A stretch of DNA of 64,000 nt from an uncultured Thermodesulfobacteriota bacterium (GTDB lineage: Bacteria > Desulfobacterota > GWC2-55-46 > JADFVP01): NCBI GenBank assembly GCA_964472295.1, contig CAYYJQ010000007.1, positions 302 to 64,301 on the forward strand, in the 5' to 3' direction. The notes under the pieces are model-generated. The model had not been told where the DNA came from, did no database searches, and saw only the letters and a program-made list of their open reading frames with translations. Each line of letters starts with the position of its first letter. The first letter of the stretch is position 1. Positions 19,237-29,145 of this stretch are shown here, one piece after another. The translations under genes and the position numbers were made by a program.

Positions 19237-20022
19237 ATGAAAAAGTTTTTTCTAATTACTGCGCTTATCTTTCCGCTCCTGACGCCCCTTACAACAAGGG
19301 CGGGCTCCATTGAAGACTTCTGCCAGAAGAACGCAAAGGCAATGCACAGGAGCATCTCGAGGTGTGTCAAGGCAGAGAAAAAAGCCCAGGCCTGGCTTGC
19401 CTCCAATCCCGTTGCGGATGATATTTATGCCACATGCAAGAGCGGTTCCGGCCAGAGCCTGAGCCTTCTCAAGGACTGCGTGCTCAGCGAGACATACACG
19501 CGGCACGCCCGCGCCGTAAGCCCCCTGAACCTCTCAAACTCCAATGTCTGGTACACGCCCATGCTCCGCGGTCTCTTCCCGTCTCTCATACGCGTCTGCG
19601 GCTACGAGAGGCCCCTTGATGACTTTGCCGTGCTCCCAAAAGACATTACGCGCTTTCATTTTTCCACGGACATTGGCACAAGGGACATGCTCCCCTTTCT
19701 AAAAGTCGACGGAAGCGTTGAGATTGGCAGACTTCCCCGGCTAAGTGGCAAGAAAAAAACCAGTGGCAAGTATGACCTCTATATCGACGCATTTCTCGTA
19801 TCAAACGATGGAAGGGTTGTGGACATCAGTACAACGGAGGGGACGAGTTCTCTATCGAGGAACGGCGGGACCGCCCATTTTTCCTTTGAGATAGGCCACG
19901 GGTATTACTTCAACGAAGGCGGGAAACTCCTTATAGTGGCCTCGGGCACGCCCATCAAGACGAGTTATCCCGATTCCTCATGCCTTGTGCTCGGCGCAAA
20001 GAAACTGACATTCAAAAAATAG
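19237..20022 (+). CDS. Secreted hypothetical protein
   Basis: Signal peptide MKKFFLITALIFPLLTPLTTRAGS and RBS GAGG 7 nt upstream. No recognisable domain. Confidence 0.5.
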   Translation: MKKFFLITALIFPLLTPLTTRAGSIEDFCQKNAKAMHRSISRCVKAEKKAQAWLASNPVADDIYATCKSGSGQSLSLLKDCVLSETYTRHARAVSPLNLSNSNVWYTPMLRGLFPSLIRVCGYERPLDDFAVLPKDITRFHFSTDIGTRDMLPFLKVDGSVEIGRLPRLSGKKKTSGKYDLYIDAFLVSNDGRVVDISTTEGTSSLSRNGGTAHFSFEIGHGYYFNEGGKLLIVASGTPIKTSYPDSSCLVLGAKKLTFKK

Positions 20023-20059
20023 GCCTGGACCTTTTATAAAGCCCGTAGGAGGATGCCGT

Positions 20060-20731
20060 ATGAAGATAACCTACCATGGACACTCCTGTTTTTCTCTCTC
20101 TGCAGGCGGGGCCTCAATAATAATAGACCCCTTTCTGAGTGGCAACCCACTTGCCGAGATAGGCCCAGGGGACGTGACCACCAATGCGGTGCTTGTGACC
20201 CACGGCCATGCCGACCACCTTGGCGACGCCGTGGAGATAGCGAAAAACAACAACGCCCCCATAATCGCCCCCTTTGAACTTGTGAACTACTGCATATCAA
20301 AGGGCGCCATGGGTCATGCCATGCACATTGGAGGCGGGGCTAATTTTCCCTTTGGCAGGGTGAAACTCACCATAGCGCACCATGGCTCCACCACAGACGA
20401 AGGCCCTGTTGGCAACCCCTGCGGCTTCATCGTAACCATGGGGGGCAAGACCGTGTACCACGCCGGCGACACGGGGCTCTTTTATGACATGAACCTCATT
20501 GGAGAGACCAACAGCATTGACTGCGCCCTTCTACCCATTGGAGATAACTTTACCATGGGCCCCGAGGACGCGGCCAGGGCCGTAAAGATGCTCCACCCGG
20601 CAGTGGTAATCCCCATGCATTACAACACCTTTGACGTAATAAAACAGGACCCCCAGGCCTTCAAGGCCGCCATTGGGGGAGAAGGACCGGATGTGAGGAT
20701 ACTCAAGCCAGGAGAGAGCACCGAGGTATGA
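20060..20731 (+). CDS. UPF0173-family metal-dependent hydrolase (MBL fold)
   Basis: MKITYHGHSCF and VLVTHGHADH motifs. AGGAGG RBS 8 nt upstream. Confidence 0.8.
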   Translation: MKITYHGHSCFSLSAGGASIIIDPFLSGNPLAEIGPGDVTTNAVLVTHGHADHLGDAVEIAKNNNAPIIAPFELVNYCISKGAMGHAMHIGGGANFPFGRVKLTIAHHGSTTDEGPVGNPCGFIVTMGGKTVYHAGDTGLFYDMNLIGETNSIDCALLPIGDNFTMGPEDAARAVKMLHPAVVIPMHYNTFDVIKQDPQAFKAAIGGEGPDVRILKPGESTEV

Positions 20732-20998
20732 AGAGACCCTTGCATTGGTTTTCATTGTCCTGCTTTTTCCCTGATGTCTAAAGTGGCGTTATTATGGTCC
20801 CCTGTTGGTTTTTTCTTTGACACAGTTTCTTTCTGGTAAGATCTGCCTACCATGCGTCATGACCAAAAAATCCATAAAGACATTGCCACTCGGGAAAAAA
20901 AACTTTCTTTTTTCAAGAGAAAGCAGGAAAATTTCTTGCACTCTTTCCTTAAAGATGTTATTTTTTTATGATTACTAAATCCTGGAGGAAGATGCGCC

Positions 20999-21190
20999 AT
21001 GTCAGCCATATGCAAAATATGCAAGAAGGGGCCGGTCTTCGGCAACAACGTAAGCCACGCCCATAACAAGACAAAGAGAAGATGGAACCCCAACCTTCAG
21101 AGCGTGCGCGCCGTGCACGAGGGTAAGGTTCAGAAAATAAAGGTCTGCTCGCGGTGCATTCGTTCCGGGGCTGTTCAGCGGGCTGTCTGA
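20999..21190 (+). CDS. rpmB: 50S ribosomal protein L28
   Basis: 63 aa. C(K)[27 protein letters not shown] matches the L28 consensus. GGAGG RBS. Followed by a strong terminator. Confidence 0.9.
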   Translation: MSAICKICKKGPVFGNNVSHAHNKTKRRWNPNLQSVRAVHEGKVQKIKVCSRCIRSGAVQRAV

Positions 21191-21216
21191 TAATATTTGG
21201 AAAAGAAGATGATTAA

Positions 21217-21251
21217 GACCGCCTGCCCGAAGGGGCAGGCGGTCTTTTTTG
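21217..21251 (+). terminator. Rho-independent terminator downstream of rpmB
   Basis: GACCGCCTGCCC-gaag-GGGCAGGCGGTC perfect 12-bp stem followed by TTTTTTG. Confidence 0.8.
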
Positions 21252-21299
21252 TCCAGAATGCATGGGGCGCGTTACAGGATTGACGGCAATCGTCAATTA

Positions 21300-21385
21300 A
21301 GAAAAGTCTGATTAATTCAGACTTTCCAGCAACGCATGGACGCGCCGCCATCTTCGACAACTGTAAGTTATTGAAAATGTGAGGG
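21300..21385 (+). repeat. Family-2 ~90-bp structured repeat, copy 1 (downstream of rpmB terminator)
   Basis: GAAAAGTCTGATTAATTCAGACTTTCC perfect 10-bp-stem hairpin (21301-21327), then CAGCAACGCATGGACGCGCCGCCATCTTCGACAACTGTAAGTTATTGAAAATGTGAGG. ~80 % identical to copy 2. Confidence 0.75.
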
Positions 21386-21461
21386 AAAGGGAACCCGCGT
21401 TTTTCCTTTCCCGTCTCTCCTTAATTCAGGGACGAATCATTCAGAGGTTTCTTAAAATACA

Positions 21462-21566
21462 TTGGGTTTCGCGGACGCTCCACTTATCCTACAATGCCTG
21501 TTAAAACCATTCACCCTGAGCCCTGAGCTTGCCGAAGGGTCGAAGGGTGCCGGGCAGTGACCACCC
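21462..21566. repeat. Family-1 modules (B-rc plus degenerate A) between rpmB and ridA
   Basis: TTGGGTTTCGCGGACGCTCCACTTATCCTACAA 21462-21494 matches the B module at 48112-48146. GGTGCCGGGCAGTGACCACCC 21546-21566 is a degenerate A. Confidence 0.6.
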
Positions 21567-21603
21567 TGCCTGTCCGAATCTATGTGGAAAGATCCTTCTT
21601 GCC

Positions 21604-21996
21604 TTACTCCACTTCCCTGTTCACGGCTATGGCGTCGATTTCCACGCCCACGCCCTTTGGGAGCCTTGCCACCTCTACAGTGGCACGCGCCGGATAGGGG
21701 GGGCTGAAAAACTCTCCGTAGACCTTGTTCATTCCCTCGAAGAGCGAGATGTCGGCAAGGTATACCGTTGTCTTCACCACGTTGGCGAGCCCGAACCCGG
21801 CCTCATGGAGCACGGCCTCAAGGTTCTTTAGCACGCGTTCTGTCTGGGCCTCGATGCCGCCTGTGATTACCTCTTTTGAGTCCGGGTCAAGGGGTATTGC
21901 GCCCGAGACAAATACAAGGTCCCCTGCCCTCAGGGCCTGCGAGTAGGGTCCTATGGCGGGCGGGGCCTTTTCTGTCGCTATCTCCTCTATCTTCAT
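21604..21996 (-). CDS. ridA: RidA/YjgF-family reactive intermediate deaminase
   Basis: 130 aa, APPAIGPYSQA and PARATVEVARLP motifs. Confidence 0.85.
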   Translation of the reverse strand: MKIEEIATEKAPPAIGPYSQALRAGDLVFVSGAIPLDPDSKEVITGGIEAQTERVLKNLEAVLHEAGFGLANVVKTTVYLADISLFEGMNKVYGEFFSPPYPARATVEVARLPKGVGVEIDAIAVNREVE

Positions 21997-22060
21997 GACA
22001 GTCCTCTCTCCATAAAGCAGGAGTTAATAAAAAAAAAGCGGCTCAGATCCAACTCACCAT

Positions 22061-24259
22061 TCAGGCCGCCCCTTCATCATCGGGGGATGCCTTGCCCTTC
22101 ACCCTCTTTACCTTGATGACCTTCTTTATCTTCGAGAGGGCGTCTATGATTGTCTTGAGATGCTTTATGTCGCGCACCTCAACGTCAAAGGTGCAGAGCG
22201 ATTTATTATCGGGTATGGTCTTTATCTGGGCGCCGGAAATATTGGCGTCCGAGGCCAGAATGGCCCCTGTCATATCGGCGAGCATGCCCTTTTCGTTTCT
22301 GCAGAGGACCATGATGCGCACTGAGCGTGTCACCTCTTTACCCTCGTCCCATGCCACGTCTATCATGCGCTCCTTGTCCACGTTCAGGAGGCTCGGACAA
22401 CGGGCAAGGTGCACGGAGATGCCCTGCCCCTGTGTTATGTAACCCACTATCCTGTCGCCCGGAAGGGGACTGCAACACTCGGCAAAGGTGATAAGGAGGT
22501 CCTGGTTACCGCTTACTATTAGCGGGCCACCCTGTAGTTTCCGTCCGCCCCTTATTCTGCCTATGACGCCCTTTATAGAGAACTTCTGGAGCTGGGCCAT
22601 AACGGTCTTCTTCTCAGGCGCTACCTTTTTTATAATATCCGTAACCTGTATCTTTCCATAACCCACGCAGGCAAAGAGGCTCTCAAGTCCGGGAAGCGAG
22701 TATACCTCCTGGGCGAGTTTTGTCAGTTCCCCTGAGTCCACGAGGGCGTTAAGGTCCAGCGAGCGGCGTGAGAACTCGCGCCTGCAGATGTCCCTGCCCA
22801 TGGATATGCTCCTTGCCCGTTCCTCGGTCTTTATCCAGTGGCGTATCTTGGTGCGGGCCTTGGAGGTCACAACATAGTTGAGCCAATCAGAACTTGGATG
22901 GCGATTCTGAGAGGTAATGATATTCACCACGTCACCGTTATGGAGTTTGGTCTTGAGGGCCACCATCTGGCCGTTCACCTTGGCGCCGCTACAGTGGTTT
23001 CCAATGTCCGTATGAATGGCATAGGCAAAATCCACGGGCGTGGCCCCGGTGGGAAGTTGCTTGACCTCTCCCCTTGGAGTGAAGACAAAGACCTCATCAG
23101 GGTAGAGTCCCACCTTGAGGGTGTCCATGAACTCGTCAGAGTCCTTGAGTTCGCGTTGCCACTCAAGGAGCTGGCGGAGCCAGGCAAAACGCTTATAGTC
23201 CCTGCCACCCTCCTCTTCCTCTCCGATGCCCTCTTTATACTGCCAGTGCGAGGCTATGCCGTACTCGGCTACGCGGTGCATCTCCTTTGTTCTTATCTGT
23301 ATCTCCATGCGGACCCCGTAGGGGCCCACGACAACGGTATGCAGGGACTGATAGAGGTTGAGTTTGGGAAGGGCTATGTAGTCCTTGAACTTTCCGGGCA
23401 CGGGTTTCCAGATAGAGTGAATGATGCCGAGGCTCATGTAGCACTCTTTCACATCGTCAACAATGACGCGGAGTGCTATGATGTCGTGTACATCATCAAA
23501 GTCGAGGTTCTGCTCACGCATCTTCTTGCTGAGGCTGTAAAGGTGCTTGAACCTTCCTGTGACCTCGGCGTGGATGTTCTGCTCCCTGAGTTTTTCCTCT
23601 ATAATGGCGCGGGCGTTGCCTGTGTACTTGTTCCAGGCCTCCCGTTCCTTTGTTATCTGCTCGTCGAGCCATTGATACCTCTCCGGGTCCATGAACTTGA
23701 AGGCCAGGTCCTCGAGTTCGGTCTTAATCCAGCCAATGCCAAGGCGGTTGGCAAGGGGGGCGTAGATATTGAGCGTCTCCTCTGCTATGCGTTTCTGTTT
23801 TACGCTGAGGTGGTGCGAGAGGGTCCGCATGTTGTGGAGCCTGTCTGCGAGTTTTATGAGGATTACACGTATATCGCGGCTCATGGCGAGGATCATCTTT
23901 CTGTAGTTCTCAGCCTCGCGGTCCTCGCGGTTCTCAAAGGAAATACGGCTTATCTTCGTAACCCCGTCCACGAGGGCGGCTATCTCGGGGCCGAACTTCT
24001 CCTCTATCTTCTCAATGGTGGTATATGTGTCCTCCACTGTGTCATGGAGAAGCCCTGTGGCAATGGACTGCGTATCCATCTTGAGACGGGCGAGTATGCA
24101 GGAGACCTCCAGCGGGTGGACAAGATAAGGCTCTCCAGAGAGCCGCGTCTGCCCCTTGTGAACCATGGCGGAGTAGAGATAGGCCTTCTTCAGGAGTTCA
24201 ATGTCTGCCTTTGGATTATAGGAGGTTACCATCTCCACTATGTCTTCAAAACGTACCAT
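22061..24259 (-). CDS. Bifunctional (p)ppGpp synthetase/hydrolase Rel/SpoT
   Basis: 732 aa with HD hydrolase (HPLEV, HDTVEDT), synthetase, TGS and ACT domains. Confidence 0.9.
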   Translation of the reverse strand: MVRFEDIVEMVTSYNPKADIELLKKAYLYSAMVHKGQTRLSGEPYLVHPLEVSCILARLKMDTQSIATGLLHDTVEDTYTTIEKIEEKFGPEIAALVDGVTKISRISFENREDREAENYRKMILAMSRDIRVILIKLADRLHNMRTLSHHLSVKQKRIAEETLNIYAPLANRLGIGWIKTELEDLAFKFMDPERYQWLDEQITKEREAWNKYTGNARAIIEEKLREQNIHAEVTGRFKHLYSLSKKMREQNLDFDDVHDIIALRVIVDDVKECYMSLGIIHSIWKPVPGKFKDYIALPKLNLYQSLHTVVVGPYGVRMEIQIRTKEMHRVAEYGIASHWQYKEGIGEEEEGGRDYKRFAWLRQLLEWQRELKDSDEFMDTLKVGLYPDEVFVFTPRGEVKQLPTGATPVDFAYAIHTDIGNHCSGAKVNGQMVALKTKLHNGDVVNIITSQNRHPSSDWLNYVVTSKARTKIRHWIKTEERARSISMGRDICRREFSRRSLDLNALVDSGELTKLAQEVYSLPGLESLFACVGYGKIQVTDIIKKVAPEKKTVMAQLQKFSIKGVIGRIRGGRKLQGGPLIVSGNQDLLITFAECCSPLPGDRIVGYITQGQGISVHLARCPSLLNVDKERMIDVAWDEGKEVTRSVRIMVLCRNEKGMLADMTGAILASDANISGAQIKTIPDNKSLCTFDVEVRDIKHLKTIIDALSKIKKVIKVKRVKGKASPDDEGAA

Positions 24260-24596
24260 CTTCCCTGTCTCTTCCTTAAAAGTCTCTCAAACCGGCAAGA
24301 AAACCGAAGATTCTCAAACTCTGGATTCTGGAATGAATACCCGACTGAAGCGAAGCCAGCTTCTGCTGGTGCGGCAGAGGAGCTCATGAGGCGCCGGTCC
24401 ACGCACAGCGTCTCAAGGCATGGCATGGTTCATTACAGAAGGCCCTGCTCTTATAACTTACCGTAAAAAAGGATTTTTTTCAACTGTCCCCAATAACGCG
24501 CCGCTCCTCCCTGCCCTCCATCCTTCCCATTATGGCCGGAAGGCCAGACCCCATCTATACCTTGCTTTAACGCCCCTAACTTGATATATTTTTCTG

Positions 24597-27029
24597 ATGG
24601 CAAGAAGCATTTTTAGTCTCAGGCGTATACTCCTGTACGTACTCATATGCGTTGGTCTCTTCATTCTCTCCCTTGGCGGGTTTTATCTCTACCTTACATG
24701 GGGCCTTCCCGACCTTGACGCCCTCCAGAACTACCAGCCAAACCTCGTCACTCGCGTATACTCCGACGACGGCTCACTCATTGGCGAGTTCTACATCGAG
24801 CGCAGGGTCATAGTGCCCATAGAGAAGATACCCGAGCACCTGAAGGAGGCCTTTCTCGCCGCCGAGGACGCCGAGTTCTACCAGCACGAGGGCATAAGTT
24901 ACGTGGGCATCATGCGGGCCTTTTACAAGAATCTCTCCGCCGGAAAGTTCGTGCAGGGCGCGTCCACCATCACTCAGCAGGTGGCCCGCGGCTTCTTTCT
25001 TACCCCCGAGCGCACCATTACGAGAAAACTCAAGGAGATGATACTTGCCAGAAGGATAGAAAAACGCCTTACAAAGGCCGAGATACTCTCGCTGTACCTC
25101 AACCAGATATACCTTGGAAACGGGGCCTATGGTGTTCAGGCCGCGGCCCAGACCTACTTTGACAAGGACGTGAAAGACCTGGACCTTGCCGAGTCTGCCC
25201 TTATAGCCGGCCTTCCAAAGGCCCCGAGCAGGTATTCACCCTATGTGAACTTCCTCCTCTCGAAGAAACGACAGGAATTTATCCTTCAGCGCATGGTGGA
25301 GGAACGCTTCATTACCTCGAACCAGGCCGACTTCGCCAAGGCCGAAAATATCGTCCTCAAGCCCTATGTCACCGGGGCCCTCTGGGTGGGTCCCTACTTC
25401 ACCGAGCACGTACGGCGCTATATAGAAGATAAATACGGCGACGACATCCTCTACAAAGGCGGCCTTAACATCTTCACCACCCTTAACGTGGACCTCCAGA
25501 AGGCGGCCAATGAGGCGGTAAAAAAGGGCCTTCACGACTTTGACCGCAGGAGGGGGTACAGGGGGCCGCTTCGCTCCATTATTGACCCTGCCGAGGTCCA
25601 GGCCTTTACAGAAGATCTTGCGCGAAAGCACAAGGGCTCGCCCCTCAAGGAAGGCTCAGTTACAGAGGGCATCATAACATCCGTTGACCGGGATACCAAA
25701 CGCATATACCTCGACCTTGGCGACAGGTCCGGGTACATGAACCGCTGGGGCTTTCGCTGGGCAAGGCTCTATAACCCCGACGGCTCGCCTGAGGGTAAGA
25801 TTATACCCGACCCCATGCTCCTATTTCACCGGGGCGATGTAATCCTTGTGAGGGTAAGAAAGCCCGTGCCCAAGAACGGCCCCCTGCGCCTTGTGCTTGA
25901 GCAGAGGCCCCTTGCCCAGGCCTCGCTTCTGGCCATTGACCACGAGACAGGCTATATAAAGGCCATGGTAGGGGGCTCGGACTTCTCGAAGACTCAGTAC
26001 AACAGGGCTGTTCAGGCCAAGCGCCAGCCCGGCTCGGCCTTCAAGCCCATAATATACTCTGCCGCCTTTGACAAGGGGCTTACCCCTGCCACCATCATCA
26101 TGGACACGCCCATTGTCTTTGAGGACAAGGAAAACGCCCTTCAGTGGAGGCCCAGAAACTATGATGAACGCTTCGGCGGGCCCACCACGGTGCGAAAGGC
26201 CCTTGCAAAATCGCGAAATGTCGTTACAATTAAGATATTGAAGAAAATCGGCCTTGGATACTGCATTGACTACGCAAGGAAACTTGGCATAACCACACCA
26301 CTTGCGCACGACCTCTCCCTGGCCCTTGGCTCAAGCGCCGTAACCCTCTATGACCTCACGTCCGTTTACTCCGTATTCGCCAATGGGGGCAGGAAGAGCG
26401 AGCCCATCTTCATTACAAAGATTATAGACAAGGACGGCAATGTCTTAGAGGACAACACCCCGCGGTCCACTGAGGTGATAAGCCCGCAGACAGCCTATCT
26501 CATGACAAAGATGCTCGAGGGCGTCATCGAGAACGGCACGGGCTGGCGGGCGCGGGCCCTTGAGAGGCCGGCCGCCGGAAAGACTGGCACGACTAACGGC
26601 CTTAACGACGCGTGGTTCCTCGGATACCTACCGAACCTTACGGCAGGCGTCTGGGTGGGCTATGACAACGAGAAAAAACTTGGCAGGCACGAGACAGGGT
26701 CGCGCGCGGCCCTTCCAATATGGCTCTCCTTCATGAAGGCGGCCAGCAAGGGAAAACCCGTCGAGGACTTCAAGGTCCCAGAGGGTATAGAGTTCGCAAG
26801 AGTTGACGCTGATACGGGCCAGCCTGCAACACCCTATACAAAACACGCGATATTCGAGGTCTTCAAGACAGGCACGGCGCCAACAGCCCCGGAGACTCCC
26901 TCCGCTGACACGGCACTCCCCGAGGAAGAGACGCTGCCCATGCGCGAGGACCTTGACACACAATCAACGCCGCCCCTGATACATGGGCCAAAACCAGTAA
27001 GTGAAGGCACTGATGAGACAACTCATTGA
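24597..27029 (+). CDS. mrcA: Penicillin-binding protein 1A (class A PBP, transglycosylase/transpeptidase)
   Basis: N-terminal TM anchor, GT51 motifs (EDAEFYQHEGIS, RKxxE) and transpeptidase SxxK/KTG motifs. Confidence 0.9.
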   Translation: MARSIFSLRRILLYVLICVGLFILSLGGFYLYLTWGLPDLDALQNYQPNLVTRVYSDDGSLIGEFYIERRVIVPIEKIPEHLKEAFLAAEDAEFYQHEGISYVGIMRAFYKNLSAGKFVQGASTITQQVARGFFLTPERTITRKLKEMILARRIEKRLTKAEILSLYLNQIYLGNGAYGVQAAAQTYFDKDVKDLDLAESALIAGLPKAPSRYSPYVNFLLSKKRQEFILQRMVEERFITSNQADFAKAENIVLKPYVTGALWVGPYFTEHVRRYIEDKYGDDILYKGGLNIFTTLNVDLQKAANEAVKKGLHDFDRRRGYRGPLRSIIDPAEVQAFTEDLARKHKGSPLKEGSVTEGIITSVDRDTKRIYLDLGDRSGYMNRWGFRWARLYNPDGSPEGKIIPDPMLLFHRGDVILVRVRKPVPKNGPLRLVLEQRPLAQASLLAIDHETGYIKAMVGGSDFSKTQYNRAVQAKRQPGSAFKPIIYSAAFDKGLTPATIIMDTPIVFEDKENALQWRPRNYDERFGGPTTVRKALAKSRNVVTIKILKKIGLGYCIDYARKLGITTPLAHDLSLALGSSAVTLYDLTSVYSVFANGGRKSEPIFITKIIDKDGNVLEDNTPRSTEVISPQTAYLMTKMLEGVIENGTGWRARALERPAAGKTGTTNGLNDAWFLGYLPNLTAGVWVGYDNEKKLGRHETGSRAALPIWLSFMKAASKGKPVEDFKVPEGIEFARVDADTGQPATPYTKHAIFEVFKTGTAPTAPETPSADTALPEEETLPMREDLDTQSTPPLIHGPKPVSEGTDETTH

Positions 27030-28008
27030 CAGCCATAGTAGAAAGATAAACTACCTCCGCATCTCCATTACCGACAGGTGCAACCTCCGGTGCCTCTACT
27101 GCATGCCCGAGGAGGGCGTTACCCTGGCCCCTCCGGCGAGCATACTCCGCTATGAGGAGATACTGCGCGTGGCCCGCATAGCCGTAAGTCACGGCGTATC
27201 GAGTATCCGCGTCACAGGAGGTGAGCCCCTCGTAAGAAAGGGCATAGTAGAGTTCATAAGAGACCTTGCCGCCATCAAGGGCCTCAAGGACATCAGCCTC
27301 ACAACAAACGGCGTCTCCCTTGCCGAGTTCGCCGAGCCCCTCAAAAAGGCCGGCCTCAGCCGCGTAAACGTAAGCCTTGATTCCCTTAAAAAAGACCGCT
27401 TCGCAGGCATCACACGGGCAGACCAACTTGAACGCGTGCTCCTTGGCCTTGAAGAGGCAGAGCGCGCGGGACTAACCCCTGTAAAGATTAACATGGTCGT
27501 CATAAAGGGCTTTAATGACGACGAAATCCTCGACTTTGCCCGCCTCACACGAAAAAAGCCCTATCACGTCCGCTTTATCGAGTACATGCCCTTTAATACA
27601 GAAGAAGGCTGGGACCGCGATAAATGCCTCGGCGCCGATGAGATAAAAAAAATTATCGAAAAGACAGAAGGCCCCCTTGATGAGGCAGGCCTCAGGGGCC
27701 ACGGGGCAGGCCCGGCAAGACGCTTCAAGTTCAGAGGAGCCCCTGGAGAACTCGGGTTCATAAGCCCCGTAACACGCCACTTCTGCGGCGAATGCAACCG
27801 CCTGCGCCTTACGGCAGACGGAAAGATAAGACCATGCCTCTTCTCGGACGCGGAAATAGACCTCAAGACCGCCCTCAGGGACGGCTCGCCTGATAAGACA
27901 ATCGAAGACCTCCTCTTCAGGGCAGTGGCCGAAAAACCAGAGGGACACCAAATAAACGAGAATATCTTCAAACGCTGCGCCCGCACCATGAGCCTCATCG
28001 GCGGGTAA
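27001..28008 (+). CDS. moaA: GTP 3',8-cyclase (molybdenum cofactor biosynthesis A)
   Basis: Radical SAM CNLRCLYC motif and C-terminal second cluster Cys (CGECNRLRLT). Overlaps the mrcA end. Confidence 0.9.
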   Translation: MKALMRQLIDSHSRKINYLRISITDRCNLRCLYCMPEEGVTLAPPASILRYEEILRVARIAVSHGVSSIRVTGGEPLVRKGIVEFIRDLAAIKGLKDISLTTNGVSLAEFAEPLKKAGLSRVNVSLDSLKKDRFAGITRADQLERVLLGLEEAERAGLTPVKINMVVIKGFNDDEILDFARLTRKKPYHVRFIEYMPFNTEEGWDRDKCLGADEIKKIIEKTEGPLDEAGLRGHGAGPARRFKFRGAPGELGFISPVTRHFCGECNRLRLTADGKIRPCLFSDAEIDLKTALRDGSPDKTIEDLLFRAVAEKPEGHQINENIFKRCARTMSLIGG

Positions 28009-28040
28009 GAGAAGAAGAGGGGAAAAAGAAGGCTGAGTTA

Positions 28041-28389
28041 GCGGGCTTTGCCCGCAAAGGATAAGAAAAAAAGAGAGAAAGGGTGTTGCTGGCTGGCTTC
28101 GCCTACAAAAGCCTTGTAGGGTGGGTGGAGCGTCAGCGAGACCCATCACGACAAAAATGGTGGGCAGTCCACCCTACCCGGCTACCCGGCTACGCCTTCA
28201 CGAGTTCACCACCGGCCTCTACCCAGGCGTTGAACCCGCCAAGGAGGGCAGTAAGTAGGGTGGGCACTGCCCACCAAAAAACGGGGGCAACTGGCAGGTT
28301 GGGTCGAACGCGTAGCTAAACCCAACAAATAGGGGGATAAGAGCAAAGCCTGGCCCATACCCCACCAAAAAACGGACTCTGGCCGCTGG
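28041..28389. repeat. Family-1 repeat cluster (A', B, A-degenerate, A, B-like, C-fragment) downstream of moaA
   Basis: GCGGGCTTTGCCCGC 28041-28055. CTTGTAGGGTGGGTGGAGCGTCAGCGAGACCCATC 28113-28147. GGTGGGCAGTCCACCC 28159-28174. GGGTGGGCACTGCCCACC 28258-28276. GGTTGGGTCGAACGCGTAGCTAAACCCAAC 28298-28326. CTCTGGCCGCTGG 28377-28389. Confidence 0.8.
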
Positions 28390-28410
28390 GAAAAAACACG
28401 TAAGATAAGC

Positions 28411-29145
28411 CTACCACCCCAGTTTCAAGCGCTCTGCAAGCCTCGGCGAGAGCCCTGCCTCAAGTATCTTCTCTACCGTAGCATCTATGTCGTACTCCAC
28501 CCTGTGAAAGGTAACCTCCGAGGTCACGGTGTCAAAGACGGCATAGGAGCCCCGGGGGTCTTTGTCACGGCTCTGGCCAAGGCTACCGGGGTTTATAAGA
28601 TAACTTGCGCCCTTCTTGAGCTTTATCGAGTTATCAAGGTTCATCCTCACGGAATCGTTGAGTCCAAGGTATGAAATTGGCACATGAGTATGTCCGAAAA
28701 AACAAATACTTAGCCCCTTTACCTTCTCAAGGAGCCTGAAGTTTCTCTGGGCATCGGCGGCACCGTATATGTAGCGGTCCGTATCGTTTATGGAGCCGTG
28801 TATGGCAAAAAATGTCCTGGCTACACGCCGCGAACGGGGTAATTTTGCCAGAAAGTCCCTGTTCTCTTTCGTGAGCACGCCGCGCGTCCACTCAATAGCG
28901 TCAGCGGCAAGGAGGTTGAAATCAGAGAGACCTTCTACACCCGCGGCGCCTGCGTCATGGTTGCCCATTACGCAGGGTATCTTCTTCTTCCTTATAATAT
29001 CAACGCACTCGTTGGGACTCGCGTTGTAGCCAACGAGGTCACCGAGGCATATAATCCTCTCAACGGGATCTTTCTCTATTGACTCGAAAAATGCCGTAAG
29101 TGCCTCTAAATTGGCGTGAATGTCTGAAATTATGGCAAAACGCAT
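28411..29145 (-). CDS. Metallophosphoesterase (PPP/ApaH-like calcineurin-fold phosphatase)
   Basis: DIHAN, GDLVGYN, GNHD and GHTH metal-binding motifs. 244 aa. Confidence 0.75.
   Translation of the reverse strand: MRFAIISDIHANLEALTAFFESIEKDPVERIICLGDLVGYNASPNECVDIIRKKKIPCVMGNHDAGAAGVEGLSDFNLLAADAIEWTRGVLTKENRDFLAKLPRSRRVARTFFAIHGSINDTDRYIYGAADAQRNFRLLEKVKGLSICFFGHTHVPISYLGLNDSVRMNLDNSIKLKKGASYLINPGSLGQSRDKDPRGSYAVFDTVTSEVTFHRVEYDIDATVEKILEAGLSPRLAERLKLGW

Noticed and set aside
22838-24466. Long antisense ORFs: 542 aa opposite rel; also 34697-35509, 35125-35760, 44618-45484, 60622-61647, 27472-28149 and 12474-13145 opposite other well-supported genes
   Set aside because: These are shadow ORFs typical of GC-rich DNA. 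Each lies entirely inside a strongly supported gene on the other strand, has low-complexity or biased composition, and has no RBS or domain.
28298-28326. tRNA-like fragment (GGTTGGGTCGAACGCGTAGCTAAACCCAAC) and a general search for tRNA/rRNA genes in all intergenic regions
   Set aside because: The fragment is a simple hairpin (family-1 B-like module). It has no cloverleaf, anticodon arm or acceptor stem. No rRNA-like sequence is seen anywhere in the window.
28009-28410. Possible CRISPR array in the repeat-dense intergenic regions (also 39060-39290, 48060-48260)
   Set aside because: The repeats are heterogeneous palindromic modules in both orientations. They lack the regular repeat-spacer periodicity of CRISPR, and no cas genes are present.
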